Source: Diadema antillarum (taxonomy: Eukaryota). Taken from it: a stretch of 64,000 nt of DNA. The notes beneath the pieces are model-generated. The model did not search any database and was not told where the DNA came from. It worked only from the letters and a program-made list of their open reading frames with translations. Shown here piece by piece: positions 25,959-45,954 of the stretch. Within the stretch, counting starts at the first letter, position 1; the number at the start of each line of letters is the position of its first letter. The translations under genes and the position numbers were made by a program. The DNA lies in NCBI RefSeq assembly GCF_040938485.1, contig NW_027271164.1, positions 744,001 to 808,000 on the forward strand, given 5' to 3'.

Positions 25959-28530
25959 TCAATACTTAGTAAATACAATTCTGAAATGATGTTACAAGCT
26001 TTTGACAAATTGTTTTATGTCACAGCGTGTAAAATACATTACACAAGTCGGAAACTCAGCGTGTTAAATAGATTGTGTATCAATTATTATAAATATATAT
26101 AATTTATATATATATATATAGATATCAAAGTTTGAATTTCATGTAAAGAAAGAGATGATGTGGGTGTATGAAGTTTGTACAATAACGTATGGAGGTAGTA
26201 CGCACAGCTTGGGCGTATTTTATGCACACGTATGATAAAGGAATATTCAACTTTAAGAAGATTATGTGTTGACACTGTCTTGACATTACCGCGGGAGTCG
26301 GAATTTCTCCAAGAGAGTATAATAACAATTTTTAGAAACGCTCAGCACTGAGGTACATGTTGTTTCGTGGGGAAAATGTAACTCCCAGGGGACTTTTAAG
26401 TGTTGATAACATTACAACGATAGACACGGTATATTGCGATATATATTATTATGGTCTACATAAAAATGCCCCACCAACCGTTTTTTTTTTTCTTCCAGTT
26501 CCGTTGGCAGCCAGTCATATTCTGGAATCACATTATCATTACCTGACATGTCTGACGTGACGTCAGGTCGTGTAACGATTTTGATCCTCGCTGCATTAGC
26601 CACGTGATGGCACTATGACCAATCACCGACACGTATTCATGTAGACCGCTTTGATATCACCTTGTATGGCATTGTGAAGTCTACTCCTCCTAAATGCCAG
26701 TGAGGCATGGTGAGAGAGATTCTGGTAAGTTCCTAAAGAGGTGTTCTCAGATGTGTTTTAAACTCAGAGAAGAAGGATTCAGTATGAAAGAGAGAAGAAA
26801 GAGACTAATACGGGTTGGTAGCACTTCAAAAGATACGTTATTTTCCGATTGTTACCCTGGAAGGTCCCAACAATTTATCTTATTGATTTCTGCTAAACGT
26901 GAGTTGTTACTATTCACGTCTTTACGTTGAGTGGCCGGAGTGATCAATAATCCTCAGTGGTGTTCAATGTGTCAGTATTGTGTGGAGAGTCTGCTGTTTC
27001 GATATTTTTCGGCTAGATAGCTACCTTCAGCTTCTCATCGTGAAGTGATCATCAGATCAGGAGATTTCCATCTTAAACGTTGTGATTTTTCACCATTTCG
27101 TAGTTATAGGCTACTCTGGTATTTTCTCGCTGGAGCAATCAGAGCAGCTGCCATACTACATACCTTGACGTCAGCCAGGGACAAACACGAAATAAAGTTT
27201 ATTTTTTTAGCCATAAAGTTGAAAGTGTCATTTCCTCCCAAATGTCTTGCAGAAATGTTAGCATTTTATCACGAGTGAAATAGATGCAAGCAATATCTTC
27301 TATGTGTTTTCAGACCCAGAGTATCGCCAAATAGGCGGATCTTATCCTATGGTGTAGCAGAGGTTATGACCAGCATTTGAGATCAAGCTTTATGTATGCT
27401 CTGAGGAGCTACGTCATAAAGAGTTGAAGCAAACCCCCTATAATTATGATAAATCATTCGCTCTTTTTTAGACAAGCGCCAAATGACCAAAATGACCAAA
27501 GCAACTAATCATTTATTTTATGGCTGTCCCCGCAGATTTCGTCCAAATCCGTTACAGGCAAAAAGGTGCCGCTAACAGACGTCCAAACGGACAAACGAAG
27601 AAACCGACAGACAGAAAAAAACAAACAAACAAACAGGAAGATAATCCCCTTGACTTGTCAACGTCATGTGTTTTTTAAAGATGTCTTCTTACCGTTGTGG
27701 TAGGGGAAATTGATCAGGGACTTCCCACCTTTTTTTTTTTAAATTTTAGATTACGCCATACACTTCAGTTTGTTTCGAAGGTCAATGGCTATTAACGAGC
27801 GTGATCAATAGAATAATGAAAGTGATTATAATACTATACAAGGCTCATTGTATTGATAATATTTGACGATCAAGAGAGCTGTATCACGTGGGATGAAGAG
27901 AACAAAATTCATTTTCCTCAAAAGTGGTTTTTAAACTCTCTATCGTTAAATAATGGACGCATCACTGATCACCCCATTCTATGCCTGCCTATAATGATGC
28001 CTGTTAAAACCTTTTTTGAAATGACATCCAAACAACTCAACTTCGATAATCGCTTGTAAACGAAGCATTTGCTTTCACATAACGACATCTAAGGCCTTGT
28101 ATGTCTGAGACTTCAGTTTCAGTTTTCAGTTTCTGTTTAATTCTATAAGCCCACATGTATAGAAATACACAGAAAACAATAGATTAACACCAAATTAACA
28201 ACGAAAATGACACAAGTAGAGACTTCTATAATCTTACTCGTAACATGATATAGACATTACATAAAAGGAAATTACATTCTTATGAATAAAAATTTACGTA
28301 ATCATTATTTCGAGGTACAAGACATTGGAAGAGACCGTCATCCATAAGAAGTGTGCTTGACTGGGATGATGGCCTCGGGTTACATCGAAAAAATCAGAGT
28401 TCTTAATTGGAACTGAAAGAGGAACGGCAGAAAGAAAAAAAAAAGAAATACGTCTTAACCTGTGGTTTTACACGTGCATTGACCCAAATCAGGCCGAGCT
28501 TTTTTTTTTTTTTTTTTTTGGCTATACTAA

Positions 28531-29085
28531 AGGGCTTTTTACACTTGTGTTTCTTAACCCCGGACTTTCTCTGACCCAGGACTATCGTTAGTCCCGTACC
28601 AATTTTTTCAGCTTTTTACACTCGCCAATTAGTCCCGTACTATCTCTTGTCCGGGGCTAAGGAGAAAACTTACCTTTTTACACTCGTATTTCTTAGCCCC
28701 GGACTTTCCAAACCACATGAATATTCATAATTACGCTGTGTACTGTACACGTACACGCATGCACCGGCAGCACTTGATTACCTTGTTTCTGATTGGTCAG
28801 TGAGGGTCGGACTTCGCCTCCTTCGCTTAGCCCAGGATTATTTTTTCGTTCTGTTTACACTCACTTGCTTGGCACCGCAATTGCGGTGCTAACCCCTGCT
28901 AATTTGCAGGGCCAGATAGTACCGTACTATCGGTGGGGCTAGCCCACTTTGGCAAAAACGAGTGTAAACAGAAAGTGGGCTAAGGATAGTCCCGTACCAA
29001 CGGTGGGGCTAAGGCCCCCCCCCCCCCCCCTTAGCCCCACCGTTGGTCCGGGGCTAAGCAAAAATTTACAAGTGTAAAAAGCCCT
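28531..29085. mobile_element. PIF/Harbinger-type MITE (17-bp TIR AGGGCTTTTTACACTTG, TAA TSD), apparently nested in the left end of another element (to about 29790)
   Basis: TAA|AGGGCTTTTTACACTTG ... CAAGTGTAAAAAGCCCT|TAA; subterminal TAGCCCCGG and AGTCCCGTAC repeats. Confidence 0.85.
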
Positions 29086-30117
29086 TAAGACCGGAGGGGG
29101 CGGATGCTGCCCCCCACCCCCGAGATCTCGGCCATCAGAGGTGCAATCGCCACGAAATTTGGCATGCGTGACACCCACGTCATAATCTACAAGATTGTGC
29201 CATGATATTTTTTGAAACAATAATTTTTTTTTTTATCTTAATTGATCAATTATGTAAATTAAGCTCAAGATCATATTTTAGCCTAATAAAAAGCACTGAG
29301 AGCCTACTTTTGGGCCTGCAAATCTGTTTTGGCATATTCAACAATTGTTCATCACAAAACCTTCCAAAAGTCTTTTCTATTCTTATGTATTTTATTGTTT
29401 TCAGAATTTCTTATGTATTTCTGTTTTTCAACTTTTTTTTTCTTTGTTTTTTATTGGAAATTGTCACTGACCACTTTTCTACCATAATTAGCAAAAAGCG
29501 ATCAATTTTAAAAATAATCAGGTTGTTATGACTTTCATGACAGAGCACTGTTTTCCATAGGAAATGTACACAAAATCACACAATTTTGCCCGTTTTGGGG
29601 CGACATGCCGTTACAAAAATGGGCGTGGCTTAGTGAAAATATGCGCAGACATTGCAAATTTGGTCTCAAAAGTTCCGCGAGACTTGAACAAAGAAAGTCA
29701 ATAAGCCTCGCGTTACAGAATTATAGCGCGAAACGTCGGTGGGGGGGGGGGGTGGGGGTAGATTCTGCCCCCTGCAACTTTAGGGTATACCTAAAATAGA
29801 GAGAAAGAAATATTACTACAATGTATAGTGCTTACGTCATGATTGGAGCTATCTTCTAACCGTATAAAAAAAGAATTGTTACCTGTTGGAATTCCAGATA
29901 TTGTGCCTTCGAGCGTGAATAATTAAATGGGCAACGATAGAGGAGATATTATTGAAATAGGGGCCTTTTGCAGTGAATTAACTAGTGGGATTATAATTCA
30001 AATGGTACTTTGTAAAAAATAAAAAGTGGTGTTTTTTTAAGATGACTGAAAACTGCGAAGAGAGACACTGCGTCTATAGAACCTCATACAATGAGTTCCA
30101 TCCCCTTGTCACAAAAG

Positions 30118-30266
30118 ATGTTATAGGATAGCAACTCTTGCTGGAATGGCGACTTCCAATGGCAACAGCCAATCAGGAAGCTGGATTCTTGTCGTTACTG
30201 TGACAATCGTCATTCCAGCAAGAGTTGCTATCATAAACATTTTTTTTTGTTAATGAAATAGGGCCC
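30118..30266. mobile_element. Hairpin MITE remnant (ATAGCAACTCTTGCTGGAATG / CATTCCAGCAAGAGTTGCTAT)
   Basis: 21-bp perfect inverted repeat at 30128 and 30211-30231; right end ...AATGAAATAGGGCCC. Confidence 0.6.
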
Positions 30267-31805
30267 TGGCTTTATAGGGTAATGTGGTAAATATTGGTCA
30301 CATTGTACCTGGGGATGGATGGTTTTATATTGAACACTTCGTGCATCTTTTCCACTATCGCTGAGAAAGCTTCAGTGTACATTAACGATGAAATTATGCA
30401 ATCATCCAATTTGTTTGCTGCGTTGTTGTCTTTAGAACATCGTTCCAGCAGTGAACTTTTAAAATTTAGTAGTAACTCGGCTAAACGAAAATGCTTTTAA
30501 TGTTCGTGTAGAGAAAATGGATACCTGTTCTTTATAAACGTTATAGAATACATATGACATTAATATTACAAGTGGGTCAATGATCATAAGTGCAAATGCC
30601 AGGAGCAGTGGGGCCTTGTGGGTGGTTCTATCATTATGAATGAATCAATTGCCATGTAGCAGGTGTTGTACTGCTTGCAAATTAAGAGAAAATAATATCA
30701 AAGGGAAATGTAGTAGAGTTTAGGTACTCGAGATTTGAGCTATAAAGGTATCAATCCAAATGTTGCATTTAAATTAATGAGGTGTGTTTTTTTTCCGATT
30801 TCATTTCATTTGCTTCCATTGATTATAATAACGTGCAATGTTTTACCCCTTTCTGCTTCTGACATAGATGTATTTTATCTTTGGTATAATTATTTTACCT
30901 TAAACATATTACACCAAATCAGAGATTGACACTTCAAGTGGATAATTCGTGTCTACCAACTACATTGTAGATACATTGGGTGATGTTCGTTATTCTGAAG
31001 GTTCGTTCATTCGTTGCTCTTTGTAGATATGCGCATTTTGATAGTCACGTGTCATGCGAAAGAGAGAAAGGATGAAAGAAAGGAAACAAAAATAAAGCTC
31101 GGGGAAAATGAAAAAGGAAACAAAACCAAGGTGAGAGCTATACACAGGATGGTTTGGTTTTTGTTTTTATTTTGGGAGAATAGGTTCATGCTAAGTGGTC
31201 ATTAATACCTGAACCTCTCTGTACAGAAATTCGAGCTAGGTTGCCAAGGTGTACTTACGAATAAGAATGCGAAACCAAATCTTGTAATTGTTATTGCTCA
31301 TCGAGGGTATTTTAGACGATAAAGAGCCTGGTTTTAATGTGAGTCGCAAATCAGTCATGACGTCTTTAGGTTTGTTTATAAAAATCATGTTAAATAAAAA
31401 CAAATCGTATAGATGCTGGGATTAGTGATAATCTCTTCTAAATGATTACTTTCTTCTTGTGCATCATAAGAATGTATGCATCCATGCATGAAGGTGTGTG
31501 TGTGCGCGTGCTTGTGTGTGTATTTCAATTGTAGCAAATGTGTGTGTCATTTCAATTGTAGCCAATGAAAATTGTTATTTTTTTATTACTTTGAATGGAA
31601 CAGAATAAACATTGTTGAAAAACAAAAAAAGTACCCACGAGTGTGTGTGTGTGTGTGCGTGTGTGTGTGTGTCTGTGTGTGTGTGCGCGCGCATTCACGT
31701 CTGGTTGTCTTTGGCTGTATGTAGGTAGGCCTGAAGGGCTTTCCCCACGGCTCCTTATTGTTATAAGCATGTGAAATCTTCCCATCGATTCATTTCCCTC
31801 TACAG

Positions 31806-31881
31806 TGCTGATTTGCTGGGAGCAAAGAGATTTTCTCCTCCCAAAATCTCTTTGGCTGGGAGCGACCAGTGTCTAGGCAAG
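31806..31881 (+). other. Probable non-coding 5' exon of cathepsin L copy A (donor AAG|GTAAGT)
   Basis: Perfect donor conserved in copy B (51392). The coding exon begins with an acceptor 21 nt before the ATG, which requires an upstream exon. Confidence 0.5.
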
Positions 31882-34049
31882 GTAAGTGAACTCACTTCGT
31901 TGGACGATCTCTTCCTTCTACTAAGTACATTGTATCTCAGTCAAACTGGCCATACTCACAGGAAACAACCGTAGAAGAATATGAACGCTAAAGACTGTAA
32001 TAATTATCGCATTGTCTTCTTCATCGTGTAAAAAGAAAATGCTTCGCTATGAATCAACTCTGTGTTAGTGATAGAGTTTTTGAACAGGAAGTCGTGGTTT
32101 ACTAGTAGTTCGAAATTATTTCTGATGTGTATTGTTTCTTTTTTCTTCACCCGTTTACACTGCACTGAGTCGAAGCATTGATCTTGTTAAACATCCTGAT
32201 CGCGCTCAGAATGATTTTTTCAGTCAAAGGCTTCTATACCTCCCTGGTTGAACAGTCTCTTCCTTATATTTCAGCCAAACTGGCTATACTAACAGGAAAT
32301 AATCGAAGAAGAAAGTGAAAGCTAAAGACTGTAATGATTGTCATATCGTCTTCTTCATCGTCTTTTGTAATTTACAATAATTTTAAAATTTTATTTGGTT
32401 CGAAATTATTTCTGATGTCTATTGTGTTCTTTTTTTCTTCACCCGGTTACACTGCATTGAGTTAAACCATTGTACTATCTTGTTAAACATCCTGGTCGCA
32501 CTCAGAATGATTTTTTAGTCAATTCGTTTATCATTTTCTTTATTACTAGGAAATCGAATCAGTCAGTGCAGTATAACATTGTAGCATGTAGATCAGTTTG
32601 TCTATTGTTGACGAACATAAACTGATGGAATCCCATTTTCTTTGCTCATTTTTTTTTAATTCATAACATAATTATTGTGCTTAAACACAATCTGTTCCAA
32701 TCTCTGGCGAGCGGCGACTGAAGCCACATTTTCAAATGATAAATACATTTTGCATAGATCGCGCAACATGATATCCGTGTCTAGAATGAACATGGCATAT
32801 AGAGAGTAATTAAGGCGAGCAAACACATCATAACTACAATCTGAATCGATCACGTGTCGTAACGTGTATCAAAATGAACGACAAGTACTGTAGTAATAAA
32901 TTATGTGTGACGTGCTTGTGTGTATGCGTGGGTAGTAAGATAAACTAAGATGGAAATAGATTAATGAAAAAAAAACCGAATGAGGATCTACGTTCACCTG
33001 CAAGCTTTATACATATCTCGTCAAAATGATGTAATATTGATTAATATAGAATAGTCGGCAAACATCATCAACATACTTCATTAAATAATGTAATGTATTA
33101 CAACAAGGAATAGAAGGTGTTGTTCTATTAACAAAACATAATACTTGTTCCAAACTTAGATAGATAGAAAGCAAAACGTTGAACACGCGGAAAGAGGAAA
33201 ATTCGACATTCTCTTAACTATATGTGTTGGTTTCACGTGCCAACCTCTTTATATATGCAAACTTTACTGTGATGTCACAGAACTAATGCGATATAAAGAA
33301 AATGATGCCAAAATAAACAGAATTTCACCCAAAAATAACAATTCTACGACTATGGATATTTGACAGTGCTCCTCCAGAAGATGCGGAGAATTATTTTGCC
33401 TCCAATTTTATTATTGCAAAAGGTCAATTAAATGTGTAAAGCTTATGAAAGTCTAACATTTCTAGTGCAAGAACAACGTCTAACATGAAGACTGACATTA
33501 AGAATCTGAATATTAGAAATTATTATAAACAGTCAAGCGTATGGGCTAGAATTACCTTATTCCTTTCATGACTGGCAAGAATTTTACAAGCATGAGCTAT
33601 GTAGGCTTATAGACTGAGGCATAAAAATTGACGCAAGAAGCAGCCTTCAAGTTAGCTCCTTTACTAAGATCCTCAAGCGTCAAATCTCATTTCATATTTG
33701 TATTTTTGTCTGTACTGTGCTGCCTACAAAATATATCTTTATATTATACCTGTAGTTATCAGACGAGCAAATTGTATATGGATAAATTTTTGAGACATAT
33801 ATGGCATATAATGTTTGTGAGTGATCCGAATATTACAAGCTCCCGTTTAGTCTATAGTCTATAGAGACAGTTGTCATCATTGCAAAGTAAGCATTCTCTC
33901 TCTCTCTCTCAGTATCTGTTATATTCATTGGTATCTATTTGATTGTATTGTAGTTTATGACTTGTATATTTCTTACAAATTTTTATACGATATGATTTGT
34001 CAAAATATGTATTTTATATAATTATTTTTCGTTGGATGGATATAAAATA

Positions 34050-34260
34050 AATTTTGAGTGAAAATGTTCATTTTCACTCGTTTTGGAGTGACGTCAGGGA
34101 TCACTCCTAAATCTTCGAGTGATCCCTGAGGTCACTCCAAAACGAGTGAAAATGAACATTTTCACTCAAAATTCACTCCAATTTCACTCTAAATTCACTC
34201 TTTTTTGTATTCACTCCTTTAAGAGTGAATATATTTTCACTCGATTTTTTTAGAGAGTAC
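34050..34260. mobile_element. Foldback/CMC-like element remnant with a 124-bp near-perfect palindrome, present only in copy A
   Basis: 57-bp arms at 34050-34173 (1 mismatch, 10-nt loop), GAGTGA/TCACTC modules, right end TTTTTAGAGAGTA; absent from the homologous site near 53340. Confidence 0.75.
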
Positions 34261-35203
34261 AATATCATTTAAAAGGGGAAATGCAATATAATTCACACTT
34301 ATAAACAATAGAGGAATGAAATAGGTCATCATAACAAAACGGTAACAAACCAGATTAAAAAAAAACACAAGAAAAGAGAATTTTAAGTAATTTAAAAGAA
34401 AAAGGTGTACCTTAAACATTAAAGCCTCAGAGGCATGCAGTGATGGGGTCATCTGAATGTAAAGAGTTGGAATACAGAAGGATGAAAGAAATTGATTCGG
34501 TGGAATTGAACCGAATGGAACTGAATAATATTGTCGGTAGCACTGATGGTCTAGGGCGAAGAACATAGAGAGCAGAAACCGGGTGCCTCGCTGTGCGGCT
34601 CTCGCTATCCGCTACCCGTTACCTTGGTCAGCTGACTCTCGATGTTGGCTTGCCTGGTTTCGCAGAACCTATACCTCTGCTCGCTCCTCTTACATTCACT
34701 AGAGAGGGTGGACGTTTGGCACAGGCTATTAAAACTTCGAGCAATATGGGCTCCTACCAAAGAGGCTATGATTATGAATATACAGTACTACTTATTGTAT
34801 GCCTCATGTTACCATCGATGAAATGAAAAGTGTATACATTGTACTTCCAATGATTAACTTGTTTGGTACATGTATTGTAATTGTAAGATAATAATGTATT
34901 AATGAATTGTAGTAATATAACGTGAGTACACGGAGTAAGTGAAGGGACTGCACTATACAAGTCAGCTTTTTAGCAGCCCCTCAATTTATGTTTCTAAAAC
35001 AAGATGCATGATACAAGATATGTTATCATTTGACGTATGTATTACCTATATGTATATTGATTGGAAATGGGAATAAAGCATGAATGAATGAATGAAAGAA
35101 AGAATGAATGGATGTATAAATGTTCTATGTTCCTACCAGTTACTGGCGTAAGAGGCGCTAACATTCCTTCTTTCCCTCACAGGACTCAGCGTATTCTGTC
35201 ATC

Positions 35204-42351
<7,148 letters not shown>

Positions 42352-42703
42352 TATTGAATAAAGTGGACACTTGAGAGGGTTACGGATTTTCGACAGGAGC
42401 ATCACGTTGACGTCTTAATGAAAGAAGCAACTGAAGATGGAAGAATTCTTACGCGTGCACTTCCTTTCGTTTAAACCTGAGTGTAAAAAAACAACCAAAA
42501 AAAAAAATATTACAGACACAATGGGGTACTCAGAACATTTCTGGGTAACCCACAGGGCATCAACAGATTTTCCGAGATTTCCACAAGTTTAAATGTATAA
42601 CGATGTTATTTCAATGACCAGTTGAGGACGAGTCCCGAGTATACTCGGGCAACTGTCTGTTTTATGCGTGTTTTAGCAAAATCAGTCCGTCCTCAACAGG
42701 GTG

Positions 42704-42959
42704 TACTGTACAAGCTGTTATTTTTGTGAGGGTTTAATTATCGCGAATTTCGCGAATAGCGGTTGGACCGCGATTTTGACAACACGCGAAAATGTCACCA
42801 TGCGCTAAGGTGCAAAGACACTTCTACTATATTTTGGTAATATTGTACTTATGAAGGCCTTTGTGTGTGTCAGTTTTCGAAAACAACATCTCGCGAAAAT
42901 GTCTGTGTCCCCCTCATTCACGAAAATATCTGTACGCGAAAATAAAAGCGTATACAGTA
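42704..42959. mobile_element. Tc1/mariner-like MITE (TACTGTA...TACAGTA, CGCGAAAAT modules), copy-A-specific
   Basis: TA-bounded inverted termini; empty site in copy B near 61480. Confidence 0.7.
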
Positions 42960-43681
42960 TTATGAGCGACATGAATTTATCGATTTGGTTCTAGACAACA
43001 GCCACAAGCTACTAAAACGGATATGCCTCTATTAATGACCCTCACCCACGCACTGAGGAAGCTTATCAAGATATAAGTAACCGAGCTAAATGAGAAGCAC
43101 GTAGTGTTTATGAAATGGGTATACAGAATTTAAATTATATCATAACAGCGTATTAAAAACGAGCAAGCTTGAACAAGGGTGCAAATTGTACAAGCTTAAA
43201 CGCGTAATTTTCCAGTAGGCCTACATTATCATAGTCAGTGTGTGTACCACAATATCAGGCGCATTTCTGAATTTTGATTTCGGAAAAGTTTTAATTTGAA
43301 TAAAGAGTATAGTCATAGTAAAACGTAAACATTATACAAAACTTTACATATAAGTGTAATACTATGATCTTTCGAATCATGAAGACAAAGTACACAAAAT
43401 GGTTTTGTTTTTGTTTTGTTTTTTCGTCTTGTATCCAACGACTCCAAAGCAGTAAAATGATTTCAGCTGTGATCACGTGCCAGCAATAACTATAGGTCAT
43501 TAGTCAGACAGTGTTTTAGTTCAGTTTCTTAGTAGTGGGTGATGTATAGTGTCTCTCTGTAAATAATTCTTTCTTGGTCGAAGCGCATTGATAGATTGGA
43601 TTAACATGCTATGTTATTGTTGTATACTCAGCATTCACCATTTCTGTCTAATACATGCTTTTACCCCACGTTTAATGTTAA

Positions 43682-44069
43682 AGGGATCGTATAGTTTTGA
43701 TTGAGCCTTAACTTCAGATTTTTATCATTTTTTTTTTGGTGAGATAGTGAGAAACCTTTTATGAAATATGAAAGAGCATGTAATTCGAAGAGGGATTCAA
43801 TGTTTATTTGATGAAAATTGGTTTTGAAATGGCGGAGATATCCAAAACAGAGCGATCCTAATAAAGTGTGGGACCCACATTAAATTTATTACGATTGATT
43901 TATTTAACTTTGTTTTTGGATGTTTCAGCTATTCCAAACCCGATTTTTATTAAATAAACTTTGAATTCCTTTTATAATGGTATTTCTGTACTATGTCATA
44001 AGTGTTTTCCTGGTATCTCGCATAACGTTAAAGCCCAATTTTCATCCCCACCAATACTGTACCACCCCT
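43682..44069. mobile_element. Kolobok-like TTAA MITE, copy 3 (reverse orientation), copy-A-specific
   Basis: TTAA|AGGGATCG ... ACCACCCCT|TTAA; absent from copy B near 62250. Confidence 0.8.
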
Positions 44070-45437
44070 TTAATAATATTATATGAATAATAGTATGCAT
44101 TAAGACGTATATACTCAGGCAGATCTACTCACTTGGTAGTATAAGCATTAATCATACAGGAGTTTCTGTTTGAAATACAAATTTAGTATATGAAGTCTCA
44201 TGGAAGAAAATCAAATAAAACTTTATCATCGGATTAATGGGGGGCAGCAAAGGGGTCATGATTAATAAATTTTGCACCAAATTGACAGTTGCAAGTGTTG
44301 CATACCTCGTCGTGACTCGTGATTGCTGTTTGGAACGATTACAGTTCATTTTTCCAAAGTGTGTCTGTTATTCCAAAGGCTTCTAATTCCCCCAAAAGAG
44401 AAGGATTATGATTCCGAAGGTTCATGAGTGTGCAATTTTTTTCCGGATAAAAGAACTTTCGGAATAAGCCAGTTCACAGTTAGCACTAGTTTCAAATGAC
44501 CTCTCCAACCACAGACTTTGCAAAACATGGAATAGTCTTCATGAAGAGCAGTTGAAAACAGCCATGCAGGAAGTGGTAATTTACATGTCAGTGCTGCATT
44601 AATGGCTTTTGTTAGATTTTGCTGAAAAGAATGTACATTCACCTGTAAATGCCAATCTGCACCTGGTTCATTTTTAACACAGATGTTATGAAGCCCTATC
44701 TAGGTTTTGAATGCCTCAGTTGTAAATTCATTTCAAGAGAAGGTCCCAAATCACCTTTATCTGCACATGCTCAGAATGGAACTGTGAACTGGCCTATAAT
44801 GCCACAATATAGTTGTTCTGATTAACGAAACCTGTTTCATTGTCGGATTAACGATTGTATCTATACCTTTAAAATTTGTGTGTTTCGGAATAACAAACCT
44901 TCGAAAAAAAAAACTAACCCTGTTTAATTTTTAGATTAACGAAACCTTCGGAATAATGAACATCACCAGTTAAAAACAGACTTGTGTACCATAACGAGGG
45001 AGTTGATGGCGAGTGATTGTGAACGACACGAGAAGGCATGAAGTGAAAATGAGGCTTATTATTGTAATCGGCTTTTAATTAAGAAGGATCTGATGCATGT
45101 CTTTAGTATATCTCGTTACACTACTCCACACCACTGCATAATCAGGAAAATACTGCAGTATATGAACGATGTGTGCGTGCGTTTGTGTTTATGTGTGTGT
45201 GTTTTTTTTCTGTGTGTGTAAGAAATACCAGTGATAATAGGTGTGAGTCACACGTATATAGCTCTCAAAATTTGCTGTTTTCATTAAAGCTTTTTATTCA
45301 AGGAACAACGTAAATACATCTATCCTTTAAACAAATCCTTTTTTTTTTACAAACACAATAAACATGAGACGCTTTGCACGTTCAGAATGAGACTAGTAGT
45401 AGTACGAATTTGAATAAGTGACACTGATAAATAAATA

Positions 45438-45605
45438 NNNNNNNNNNNNNNNNNNNNNNNNNNNNNNNNNNNNNNNNNNNNNNNNNNNNNNNNNNNNNNN
45501 NNNNNNNNNNNNNNNNNNNNNNNNNNNNNNNNNNNNNNNNNNNNNNNNNNNNNNNNNNNNNNNNNNNNNNNNNNNNNNNNNNNNNNNNNNNNNNNNNNNN
45601 NNNNN
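45438..45605. other. Assembly gap (168 N)
   Basis: N run; the homologous position in copy B is a (TA)n tract. Confidence 0.99.
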
Positions 45606-45696
45606 GTGCCTTGTCTGCGGCGGTTTCACGCTGTCGCGATCTTCAGGCAGACTGAAGATCGCGACAGCGTGAAACCGCCGGTAGCAGACAAGACAC
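45606..45696. ncRNA. Inverted pair of damaged hammerhead-ribozyme motifs forming a 28-bp perfect hairpin
   Basis: Plus: CTGAAGA-TCGCGACAGCGT-GAAA-CCGCCGG-TA-GCAGAC. Minus: GTCTGC-CTGAAGA-TCGCGACAGCGT-GAAA-CCGCC-[GGTA deleted]-GCAGAC. Confidence 0.55.
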
Positions 45697-45795
45697 CAAA
45701 ACACAGGTACGCCTAATAATCTATGCTCTGCTTTACAGCATTGAGCACTTTTCAATCCTCAACAAACTATAATATTCCCGACGGATATATACCCA

Positions 45796-45844
<49 letters not shown>

Positions 45845-45916
45845 TATATATATATATATCGAATCCCGATGAAAACCCATTTTTTTTTGCTCAAAGTTCT
45901 CACTATATATTAGCAT

Positions 45917-45952
<36 letters not shown>

Positions 45953-45954
45953 TA

